Of a stretch of DNA of 64,000 nt, positions 21,137-29,428 are shown piece by piece. A program made the position numbers and the translations under genes. The notes below the pieces were generated by a model. That model saw only the letters and a list, made by a program, of their open reading frames with translations. It did not search any database and had not been told where the DNA came from. Within the stretch, counting starts at the first letter, position 1. Every line of letters starts with the position of its first letter. The stretch is from the NCBI GenBank assembly GCA_963771885.1, contig CAVYVF010000023.1, positions 736,001 to 800,000 of the forward strand. The letters run 5' to 3'. This stretch comes from Candidatus Bathyarchaeota archaeon (GTDB taxonomy: Archaea > Thermoproteota > Bathyarchaeia > TCS64).

Positions 21137-21601
21137 CTAGGTCCTGTGGTGGTCGTACTCCTGATCAGGAGTCTTAATGGGGATTACGGATAGTATGCGG
21201 TCGTTTATCGAGTAAACGCGCACCCCTGCGTAGCTGATCTTGTTGTCCTCAAGCAGCTTGATTGCCTTCTCCTCGCTGCCCGGCGGCACGTATAGGAAGA
21301 ATTTCTTCTCCTTCTCGCCTATGTGTGCTGCATCAGAGAGGATTTTCCACCTCTTGACCGAGGCCTGCTTCACCTCCTTAGCGAGCGCCACGTCGGCGAG
21401 CTCCTGTATCCTGCCATCGGACCTGCAGATGACTATGCTCGGGTAGACCGGAGCTTCCTCCGTGTCTATCCCCCTCCTCTTCACCTCGTCGTTGACTATC
21501 GTCACGTAGCCCTCACCCCAGTCCTCCTGGTCGACGAAGGGGAATCGGGTCGCAGCTATTATCCTGATTACGCGGTTCCTAGCAATCTCCTCGGATACCA
21601 T
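21137..21601 (-). CDS. hypothetical protein
   Basis: 154-aa ORF ending 5 bp upstream of the IadA-like gene, host-like codon usage. Confidence 0.7.
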   Translation of the reverse strand: MVSEEIARNRVIRIIAATRFPFVDQEDWGEGYVTIVNDEVKRRGIDTEEAPVYPSIVICRSDGRIQELADVALAKEVKQASVKRWKILSDAAHIGEKEKKFFLYVPPGSEEKAIKLLEDNKISYAGVRVYSINDRILSVIPIKTPDQEYDHHRT

Positions 21602-21656
21602 CTCGGGTCAGATACAAGGGTACATATTCGCCTTTTCAAACTTCATATGGCTAACC

Positions 21657-22376
21657 TTGATCGACACGATCCTATTCGATAACTGGAACACACTCGTGCA
21701 GGCGCCGGGGCTTATGAGGGGCGGCGCATCCGTCGAGATATTTCAGCGCAGCTTAAAGGAGCAGGGGTTCAACCCCAACACTGAGCAGTTCAGCGAGGTC
21801 TACCGCCCCATCGCCAGAAGGCAGGCGAAGGAGTCGGAGGCGGCCGGGTGGACCGAGATCGACTACATACAGCGACTACTGCTTACGCTCGAAGGTCTCG
21901 GCGTCAAGGAGCCACGACGGAGCCGCCTCGCGATAAGAGCCTGGGACGACTACCTAGCCGAGTGGCCTAAGCAGACGTGCTTCTACCCTGAGACGCCTGC
22001 GCTCCTCGAGAAACTGCGGGGGGAGTACAAGCTCGGCATCGTCACGAACTTCATGGATGGGCCTACGGCGAGGCGTGTCTTCGATAACCTAGGCTACGAG
22101 GCAGTGTTCGACAGCCTGATCGTCTCCGCCGAGGTGGGATACCTGAAGCCGTCGCCGGTGCTATTCAGGCAGGCGCTCGATGAGCTCGGCTCGATGCCCG
22201 AGAACGCGATCATGGTAGGCGACACATATGAGGCGGACGTCGTCGGGGCGCGTAAGGCGGGTATCCGTGGGGTCCTTGTGGACCTCTACGGTGCCACGCA
22301 GGAGCAGATCGGTGGCTCTGATGCCCTCATTAAAAACATAGGCGATCTCCCCCACGCCCTCAAAACACTGGTTTAA
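21657..22376 (+). CDS. HAD family hydrolase
   Basis: FDNWNTL, VTN, KPSP, VGDTYEAD. Confidence 0.85.
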   Translation: MIDTILFDNWNTLVQAPGLMRGGASVEIFQRSLKEQGFNPNTEQFSEVYRPIARRQAKESEAAGWTEIDYIQRLLLTLEGLGVKEPRRSRLAIRAWDDYLAEWPKQTCFYPETPALLEKLRGEYKLGIVTNFMDGPTARRVFDNLGYEAVFDSLIVSAEVGYLKPSPVLFRQALDELGSMPENAIMVGDTYEADVVGARKAGIRGVLVDLYGATQEQIGGSDALIKNIGDLPHALKTLV

Positions 22377-22435
22377 AGAGAGAATAACCAGCGACCCAAC
22401 GACGCGACACTGGAACGCTTTATTCAGAGGTTCAG

Positions 22436-23107
22436 CTAGAAGTTCTCAGCGATGCCGACGAGGTCGATGAGGTCGTCGACCATTCTCTTGCACCCGGCGT
22501 CGATGAGCCTCTTCCCCCACTCCTCATCCCTCTTGTAGCCGATGAAGGCGACGTTAGCAGCATTCGCTGTCTCAAGATCGGTTGAGGTGTCCCCGACGTA
22601 GAAGACATCTCCGGGTCCGGCGCTCAGGTGAGTGACGACGTCGAGGAGGTGACGGGGGTCAGGCTTCGGGTAGGGCACGTCGTCGCGTGCTAAACACTTG
22701 TCGACGTAGCTGTGGATGCCGGTAAGCCTCATGCTCTCGGCGGCGTATTCCCTGCAGCCGCGGGTGGCTATCCCGATACCAAGGCCGCGCTCCTTCAGCG
22801 CCTTCAGCGTCTCGCCAGCGTTTCTCATTGGTTTTGACAGGTGGGCGCCGTCTAGCTCAACTTGGTTCATGATGTGTTCCATCTCCCTAGCGATCCGCAT
22901 ACGATCAGCGTGCGCTACGCCCAGCTCGGTGAGGACCTTATCCCCGCCCCTGATAATCTGATATATTTTCCGCCTATCTGTAAGGCGCTCCTCGGGGACG
23001 CCGCCCTCAGATAGCACAACTCGTATCATCCCCGCCATGCGCTCGTAGTCGATCTTCGAGTCCACGAGAGTCCCGTCTAGGTCGAACACAACAGCCTTGA
23101 GCCGCAC
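22436..23107 (-). CDS. HAD family hydrolase (phosphoglycolate phosphatase-like)
   Basis: FDLDGTLVDS, KPDP, YVGDT. Confidence 0.88.
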   Translation of the reverse strand: MRLKAVVFDLDGTLVDSKIDYERMAGMIRVVLSEGGVPEERLTDRRKIYQIIRGGDKVLTELGVAHADRMRIAREMEHIMNQVELDGAHLSKPMRNAGETLKALKERGLGIGIATRGCREYAAESMRLTGIHSYVDKCLARDDVPYPKPDPRHLLDVVTHLSAGPGDVFYVGDTSTDLETANAANVAFIGYKRDEEWGKRLIDAGCKRMVDDLIDLVGIAENF

Positions 23108-23205
23108 GAAGAACCCTCCGGCGCATCAACTTATGAACCATGCGGCGGACCCACTTCAGCCTTCGGCACCAACCCCTTTTATCGCCAGATGGTGCCATCA
23201 GAGCC

Positions 23206-24240
23206 ATGGGGATCGAGAAGCGTCCCTTCGGCACCCTTCCAGGCAGGCGAAGTGCGGCCCTCTACACACTCAAGGCGAGTGGCGTCGAGGCGCAGATCAC
23301 AGACTACGGTGGCATAATCACGTCACTACGCGTCCCAGACGCGAGCGGTGTGTGGGGTGACGTCGTCCACGGCTTTGAGACTCTCGACGGCTACCTCGGC
23401 AAGCAGCCCTACTTCGGCTGCATAGTCGGCAGGTTCGCTAACCGGATTGGAGGCGCCAGGTTCAGGCTCGATGGTATCGAATACAAGTTGGCGAAGAACG
23501 ACGGCGCGAACAGCCTGCACGGCGGGCTGAGGGGATTCGACAAGGTTCTCTGGGACGCTGAGGCGATGGGGAACTCGCTGAGGTTGACATACCACAGCCC
23601 CGACGGGGAGGAGGGCTACCCCGGCAACCTCGACGCAACAGTCACCTACACGTTGCGAGGCGCCGAACTGACCATCGACTACGAAGCGGCAACCGACAAA
23701 CCCACCGTCGTCAACCTAACCAACCATACCTACTTCAACCTCGCATGTGGCGGCGACGTACTCTCCCACGAGTTGACACTCGACGCCGAGTACTACACGC
23801 CCGCGGGGATGGACCTCATACCAACTGGAAAGATCGAGAGCGTCGCCGGTACCCCACTCGACTTCAGGCAGCCTCACGTTATCGGGGAGCGGATCGAGGC
23901 GCACCACGACCAGATCAAATACGGCGGCGGCTACGACTGCAACTGGGTCATCGATGGCGAGGCGGGTAATCTCAGGAGAGCTGCGACCGTTCGGGAGCCG
24001 AGTAGTGGGCGATTCTTCGAGGTGCATACAACGCAGCCGGGTATACAGTTCTATACGGGCAACTTCCTCGACGGCACCCTGAGTGGCAAGGGGGGCGTCT
24101 ACGGCAGGCGGAGCGGGCTCTGCCTCGAGACGCAGCACTACCCCGACTCCCCCAACAAGCCGAACTTTCCATCGACTGTTCTCCGCCCCGGTGAGATGTA
24201 CCATGAGAAGACCGTGTTCCGGTTCGGTGTGACGAGATGA
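23206..24240 (+). CDS. galM: galactose mutarotase (aldose 1-epimerase)
   Basis: GRFANRI, LHGG, GYPG, NLTNHTYFNL, QFYTGN, CLETQ. Confidence 0.95.
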   Translation: MGIEKRPFGTLPGRRSAALYTLKASGVEAQITDYGGIITSLRVPDASGVWGDVVHGFETLDGYLGKQPYFGCIVGRFANRIGGARFRLDGIEYKLAKNDGANSLHGGLRGFDKVLWDAEAMGNSLRLTYHSPDGEEGYPGNLDATVTYTLRGAELTIDYEAATDKPTVVNLTNHTYFNLACGGDVLSHELTLDAEYYTPAGMDLIPTGKIESVAGTPLDFRQPHVIGERIEAHHDQIKYGGGYDCNWVIDGEAGNLRRAATVREPSSGRFFEVHTTQPGIQFYTGNFLDGTLSGKGGVYGRRSGLCLETQHYPDSPNKPNFPSTVLRPGEMYHEKTVFRFGVTR

Positions 24241-25377
24241 CGGACGAGGCGGAGATACTCAGCATCTTCGAAAGCCTCTACGGCGTCAGAGAGGGCGTGG
24301 TCGTCGCCAGCGCCCCGGGGAGGGTCAACATCATCGGTGAGCACACTGACTATAACGAGGGTTACGTACTGCCCACGCCGCTGGGCAGTCGCGTCTGGGT
24401 CGCCGCCCGCAAGCGAGCCGACGACGAGTTTAGGCTCAACGCCTACGACTACCATGAAAAATACGAGTTCACGTTAGGCAAGCAGAGGCTCAGCGAGAAG
24501 AATCGGTGGGCTAACTACGTCATGGGCGTTGTATCTGCTTTACAGAGTCGCGGGTATACACTCAGCGGGGCAGAGCTCGCCATCAAGGGGGACGTTCCGC
24601 AAGGCGCGGGGCTTAGCTCGAGCGCCGCACTCGAGGTCGCCACAGCACGCGCTTTTAAGCAGCTCTTCAGTCTCGACATCGCCCCCGTCGAGCTCGCCTA
24701 TGTGGGCAAGTCGGCTGAGAACGACTTCATCGGGCTGCAGAGCGGCATTATGGACCAGTTCTGCGCGAGTCTTGGCAGGCAGGGGCAGGCGCTGCTTATC
24801 GACTGCAGGGACAACGAGCATAGGAACGTCAAGCTGCCCTGGGGGACAACGCTCGTTGCCGTACACACAGGGGTGAAGAGGAAGCTTGACTCCTCAGCCT
24901 ATAACGAACGGGTGGCTCAGTGCAAGGAGGGCGTCGTCGCGCTTAGGCGGCTGAATCCCCGTATCGCGTCACTGAGGGATGTGACGATGGGTGATCTCGA
25001 GACGGTTAGGGAAATGGTTCCCGACCTCATATTCAGGCGGTGCCGCCACGTGGTCCATGAGAACTCGCGCGTTCTCTCTGCCGTGGAGGCGATGGAGCTA
25101 AACCTCGGGTCGAAACTTGGGGCGCTAATGTACGAGTCGCATATGAGCCTTCGGGAGGACTATGGCGTGAGCTGCCCCGAACTGGATTCCCTTGTGAAAG
25201 TGGCGATGGAAACCGGGTACGTGCTTGGGGCGCGCCTGACGGGGGCTGGTTTCGGCGGGTGCACGATAAACCTCCTCTCCAAGCATAACTTGAGTCAGTT
25301 CCTCGATGAGGTCCCGGCTCGGTTACTATAAGGCGACGGGGCTCAGGCCCGAGGTTTACCCAGTACTGCCCCAATAG
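24237..25377 (+). CDS. galK: galactokinase (apparent +1 frameshift at ~25323; annotated ORF stops at 25331)
   Basis: APGRVNIIGEHTDYN, GAGLSSSAA, GIMDQ, YNER, GARLTGAGFGG. Removing one T restores the YYKATGLRPEVY tail. Confidence 0.93.
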
Positions 25378-25411
25378 GTTAAAATCTGGATTCCATGCAG
25401 TGTATTCGGCT

Positions 25412-25487
25412 GGGCTGGTAGATCAGTGGTATGATCGCCTGACTTGCAATCAGGAAGTCGGGGGTTCAATTCCCCCCCAGTCCACCA
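25412..25487 (+). tRNA. tRNA-Ala (anticodon UGC), CCA encoded
   Basis: GGGCTGG/CCAGTCC acceptor with G3:U70, GATC/GATC D stem, CCTGA-CTTGCAA-TCAGG, GGGGG-TTCAATT-CCCCC; TTAAAA box ~30 nt upstream. Confidence 0.96.
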
Positions 25488-25810
25488 AATAATCACCTAA
25501 ACCGCTGAAGATAACCCGCATCGACGAGACCGAGTTCAAGGCAAAGGTCTCATCCAGATTATCCTCGAGCGAGCGCGCCGGTGGCGGTTCCCCCAGTGAC
25601 ACAGCCAGCGACAGTTGCGGCGCCGCACATACCGGCAGTATCAGCTCGAGTGGCCACTTGGCAGCACACTCCACAGGCGGAGGTCCCAGCTAGGGGGCTG
25701 CGAAGGGGTATCCCTAGGCTAGGTTTTGCCCAGACTGCGGCCAGCCTTCGGCTTGGATCGAGCAATATAAGCGCTGGTACTGCTACAGGTGCAAGAAGTA
25801 TCTGCCCTAA
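25488..25810 (+). pseudogene. decayed 3' end of a Pro/Ala-rich protein with C-terminal Zn ribbon
   Basis: FCPDCGQPSAWIEQYKRWYCYRCKKYLP-stop at 25724-25810, in-frame TAG at 25715, Pro/Ala-rich linker in another frame, no 5' part. Confidence 0.6.
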
Positions 25811-25861
25811 TCCCGTTTTTTGATATTTTTAAAATATTTACGTTAGTCCACTAGGCAATGT

Positions 25862-25869
25862 TTTAAATA
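25862..25869 (+). promoter_or_regulatory. candidate archaeal TATA box for the structured element
   Basis: TTTAAATA about 20-25 nt before the GGGGAG start of the structured block. Confidence 0.45.
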
Positions 25870-25884
25870 TTGACTATTTGAAGG

Positions 25885-26044
25885 AATGGGGAGTATCGCC
25901 GGCCCTGGAGAAAGGTTGCGACACCCGGGGGGCGGGACCTACCTGGCTAGGTTTTCGGTAGGGCGCGTGCAGGCGCCCTCCCCCTGCGATGATTTACCCG
26001 GCGTCCAGGATCCATACTCCATTAGGCCCCTGGCGCTCCCCATT
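25885..26044. ncRNA. candidate structured non-coding RNA of unknown family
   Basis: GC-rich block in AT-rich flanks; 9-bp terminal helix AATGGGGAG/CTCCCCATT plus at least five internal helices; no credible ORF. Confidence 0.6.
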
Positions 26045-26121
26045 TCTGTTCCTTTTCTCCTTGTCTTTGACTATTCTATTTTTTTAAAAAAGGGTGGATC
26101 GTTTTGTCTTAGCTAGTGGTC

Positions 26122-27471
26122 TTATGGCCCGATGGGCGTGTAGCCCAGGACATCCGGTTTGAAGACCGTGATCTGTGAGTCAGGGTCGTACTGCGCCATT
26201 ATGATGCTGACTGAAGCCTTCTCGGGGTTCGGACTACCAACGTTGGTACCAGGGAAGAAGCCCCAGACATCGTATGGAGGAGCGAACCTGTCGCCGAACG
26301 CATCCAGACGAGACCAGCCAGCAACACCGAACGTGTTAAGGCATATCGGAGCCTGCAGGTCGAGGACGTCCTTACCCGCCTGGCTCTGAGCCTGCATTAC
26401 TGAGGTTGCGAGAACCCAGCCGATGTCGTAGACGTACGCAGTGTATGTGCTGAACTGCTGAGCAGTCAGAGCCGTGTACCTTGTCTGAAGGTCGATGAAC
26501 CTCGAAGTCGCATCCTCGCGTGAGAGGAGGCTGTAGATGCCAATGTGGTTAACTTCCTCAGGGGCGTCATCCATACCACGCTGGCTCTTCGCAGTACCGT
26601 CGCTGCCCCACCAGTGGACGTTGTAGATGTTGTCGTATTCCTTAGCCTGCTTGACTATCACGGGGATCTCGTCGAACGAGAGTATCACCACGCCGACCCT
26701 CTGCCTCTCGCCGCCGTTCGCGGTGACCGCAGCGGCCACCGTCGCGTCGGCTAGGGTTAGGTAGTTGGAGAACTCTGTGGACTCAGCCGCGTACCTGATG
26801 ATGTCGCCAGCTACGTTACCGCCCTTCTGCGTCCAGATGGGCGTCAGGAGGTTGACGATGCCGTCTCCCCACGAGTCGCCGCGCTGGAAGATGACGATCG
26901 ACTTGACACCCGCCGCCCACATCACGTTAGCGAGCGCGGGAGCTAGGGCTGTATCGGCTGTGCACATGCGATACAGGTAGTCGTCGGCGATTGCGAGCGT
27001 CGGGGATGTGGAGGAGCTGCTCCACATGAGAATTTCGTTTGCGTTGCAGTAGCTGAGGGCTGCCTGCGCCTGGCTTGACCAGCCGCCACCCTCGAAGATG
27101 GTGACGCCGGAGGACTTGAAGCCCTGGACCTTTTCGAGGTGGACCTGGGCCTGACCTGTGGCGTCGTCGATGAGGTACTCGAACGTTACGTCATAACCTA
27201 TGAGGTCTGCGTATTCGTTGAGTCCTGGGGCGACGATCTGCTCGTGATATGGCTTGCCAGTCTCTAGGCCGGTTGTTGACGATGCGATGTATCCAAATTT
27301 GACCGTTGCACCCTTTAGGGGAGCCTCCTTTACAGTCGTGCCGCTTCCGGTGACCGTAACGGTTACGGATCCTCCTGGGGTCTGGGGTGCGGCGAAGTAA
27401 CCGATGCCTCCGCCTACGATCAATCCTGCGACCAATAGCACTATTGCTAGTGTCATTCCTTTATCTGCCAA
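26122..27471 (-). CDS. branched-chain amino acid-type ABC transporter substrate-binding protein
   Basis: N-terminal TM anchor and Thr-rich linker, SSTSPTLA, YRM, DSWG, SDG, YVYD; TTG start with GGAGTG SD. Confidence 0.88.
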   Translation of the reverse strand: MADKGMTLAIVLLVAGLIVGGGIGYFAAPQTPGGSVTVTVTGSGTTVKEAPLKGATVKFGYIASSTTGLETGKPYHEQIVAPGLNEYADLIGYDVTFEYLIDDATGQAQVHLEKVQGFKSSGVTIFEGGGWSSQAQAALSYCNANEILMWSSSSTSPTLAIADDYLYRMCTADTALAPALANVMWAAGVKSIVIFQRGDSWGDGIVNLLTPIWTQKGGNVAGDIIRYAAESTEFSNYLTLADATVAAAVTANGGERQRVGVVILSFDEIPVIVKQAKEYDNIYNVHWWGSDGTAKSQRGMDDAPEEVNHIGIYSLLSREDATSRFIDLQTRYTALTAQQFSTYTAYVYDIGWVLATSVMQAQSQAGKDVLDLQAPICLNTFGVAGWSRLDAFGDRFAPPYDVWGFFPGTNVGSPNPEKASVSIIMAQYDPDSQITVFKPDVLGYTPIGP

Positions 27472-27485
27472 GTTTTACACTCCTT

Positions 27486-27508
27486 GAATTGCAGAATAAC
27501 TGCAATTC
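27486..27508. promoter_or_regulatory. perfect 9-bp inverted repeat (operator or 5'-UTR hairpin) upstream of the SBP gene
   Basis: GAATTGCAG-aataa-CTGCAATTC between a minus-strand TTTTAAAT box (27528-27535) and the SD/start. Confidence 0.55.
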
Positions 27509-27933
27509 GTAAAAATTGTTTTTGCGGATTTAAAACTTGGGGGTAATAATACACATTTCTATATATTCCGATCGTCATTTCTAGGTACTAATAATCTAGT
27601 ACCATTGTTTTTTTCTAGGTTTTTTCGAATAATTTTTGGCTATTAGTTAATGTTATCAGAAGGCTGACGCTCCATATTCTGGATATATATACAATATATA
27701 CTGATATAATATTTACTGTAGATACTATTCGTCATCACTGCTTGATGTACTGTGTGGCTGCTTCGAGGAGTATTACTATCGGGGCTGCCTCTGTGTCCTT
27801 TACTCCGATGGTTCAGTCTCTCATTCACTCGGAGTGCCCCGCTTTGGACCTGAGTTGGATTGTATCTCGGGTTTCTGGTTTTCTGACTCATAAAAAACTT
27901 AAACAAGGGTGGGCATTCTCATACTCGATACGT

Positions 27934-28119
27934 ATGCCATCCAAACTCGATAAGGGTAAGAAGGTAGTCATCAGCCTCGACGAGGACATCGTCCGTAGCG
28001 ATGGATCAAGGATCAAGATGCGCGAGTTCGTAAAGGAGATGCTCGCCTATAATCCGATGTTCAAGATCGAGACGAGTCCCAAGGGCGAGACGTGGTACCT
28101 TCGCAAGAAGGAGAAGTAG
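27934..28119 (+). CDS. 61-aa basic hypothetical protein
   Basis: MPSKLDKGKKVV...WYLRKKEK; host-like codons; CTTAAA box ~35 nt upstream. Confidence 0.65.
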   Translation: MPSKLDKGKKVVISLDEDIVRSDGSRIKMREFVKEMLAYNPMFKIETSPKGETWYLRKKEK

Positions 28120-28206
28120 GCGCCTCAGTCTCCACGCGGTTGGCCCGTCGGATATAGTGGGTCGGTCGCGAAAACTTTTCTAGGGGTGGCATTGTTCAGA
28201 GTGTCG

Positions 28207-28896
28207 ATGAAGCACATCGCCTTCGTCCTCTACCCTGGGTTGACGCTGCTCGACCTAGTTGGGCCGCTTCAGGTGATGAACAGCATGTGTCTGAGGAGGC
28301 CCGAGTACTCGGTTGTCGTCGTTGCGAAGGAGGCGTGTGCCGTCGACGTCGATGTGCCGCTCAAGCTCACCGCCGGTGCCACCTTCAGCGACGTTCCTGA
28401 GCCCGCGGTCGTCGTCGTGCCCGGTGGCGAGGCGCAGACAATCAAGGCGATGGGAGACGACACACTCATCAACTACCTCACGGATGTAGCGCCGAAGGCT
28501 GAGTACGTCTGCTCGGTCTGCACGGGTTCACTCATACTCGGCGCTGCCGGCCTCCTAAACGGCCGCAGGGCGACGACCCACTGGGGATGCTACAAGATAC
28601 TGGAGGCGCTCGGTGCCAAGTACGAGAGGAAGCGCTGGGTGCAGGACGGCAAGTTCATCACCTCCGCCGGCGTCTCAGCGGGCATCGACATGGCCCTCTA
28701 CCTAGTCTCAAAGCTCACCGACGAGTCGACGGCGAGGAACGTGCAGCTCGGCCTCGAGTACGACCCCGAGCCACCCTTCGGCGGAATAGCGTGGGCGAGC
28801 GTCGACAGGGACCGCCTCACTCCCTACTTCAGGGACCTGATCAGGGAGTACCATAAGGACAGGCCGGAACTCGTCTCCAAGTTCAAGGACCTCTGA
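28207..28896 (+). CDS. DJ-1/PfpI family protein (isonitrile hydratase-like subgroup)
   Basis: LLDLVGP, VPGG, SVCTG, ATTHW, TSAGVSAGID, EYDPEPPF. Confidence 0.9.
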   Translation: MKHIAFVLYPGLTLLDLVGPLQVMNSMCLRRPEYSVVVVAKEACAVDVDVPLKLTAGATFSDVPEPAVVVVPGGEAQTIKAMGDDTLINYLTDVAPKAEYVCSVCTGSLILGAAGLLNGRRATTHWGCYKILEALGAKYERKRWVQDGKFITSAGVSAGIDMALYLVSKLTDESTARNVQLGLEYDPEPPFGGIAWASVDRDRLTPYFRDLIREYHKDRPELVSKFKDL

Positions 28897-28945
28897 CCCT
28901 GCGAATTGGTTAAAGCCAGCCCTCCACTCAACTTAGCCGATTGAG

Positions 28946-29428
28946 TTGGCGATCAGAGCCACCTACCCTCCCGGCGCTGCCCATGAGGCCGCTGAGATTT
29001 GCCTGAGGTGCGGCGTCTGCTGCAACGTTGCGCACAGCTGTCACGTCATGTACGACAGGAAGTACACGCCCACGTACACCTTCGTTTACGACTGCCTCGC
29101 GTCCGAGAAGGGGGCGTCGAACCCGAACATCTGGATGTGCGTGAGCTGCCACAAGTGTGAGGAGACGTGCCCGTACGAAGTCTCCCCTGTGCACTTCATT
29201 GAGGTTCTCAAGGGGCAGGCGCTGAGGGGCGGATGGGTGCACCCGACGATCCGCGCTGAGGTGGCGCAGGTGATCGCCACGGGGTTCGCCTTCCCGGTCT
29301 CTGGGGCGACCGAGAGGCAGAGACAGGCACTCAACCTAAAGCCGCTGCCAACGAAGCCTTTAGGAGACTTGGCGAAGATCGCCGAGAAGACGGGGCTCGC
29401 CGAGAGCCTGAAGGAGGGCTCGCAGTGA
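28946..29428 (+). CDS. hdrC: heterodisulfide reductase subunit C-like Fe-S protein
   Basis: IWMCVSCHKCEETCP, atypical N-terminal CLRCGVCC...C, HdrC-like C-terminus; overlaps the hdrB start. Confidence 0.8.
   Translation: MAIRATYPPGAAHEAAEICLRCGVCCNVAHSCHVMYDRKYTPTYTFVYDCLASEKGASNPNIWMCVSCHKCEETCPYEVSPVHFIEVLKGQALRGGWVHPTIRAEVAQVIATGFAFPVSGATERQRQALNLKPLPTKPLGDLAKIAEKTGLAESLKEGSQ

Noticed and set aside
25885..26044. Assignment of the structured element to 5S rRNA, SRP, RNase P, hammerhead, SAM-I or Moco riboswitch
   Set aside because: Only isolated short resemblances. The hammerhead CUGANGA core, RNase P P4 strands, SRP helix 8 and 5S loop motifs are missing, and no downstream gene is positioned for cis control
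25886..26116. 76-aa ORF over the structured element
   Set aside because: Composition is not protein-like and it runs through the pyrimidine tract; base pairing explains the sequence better
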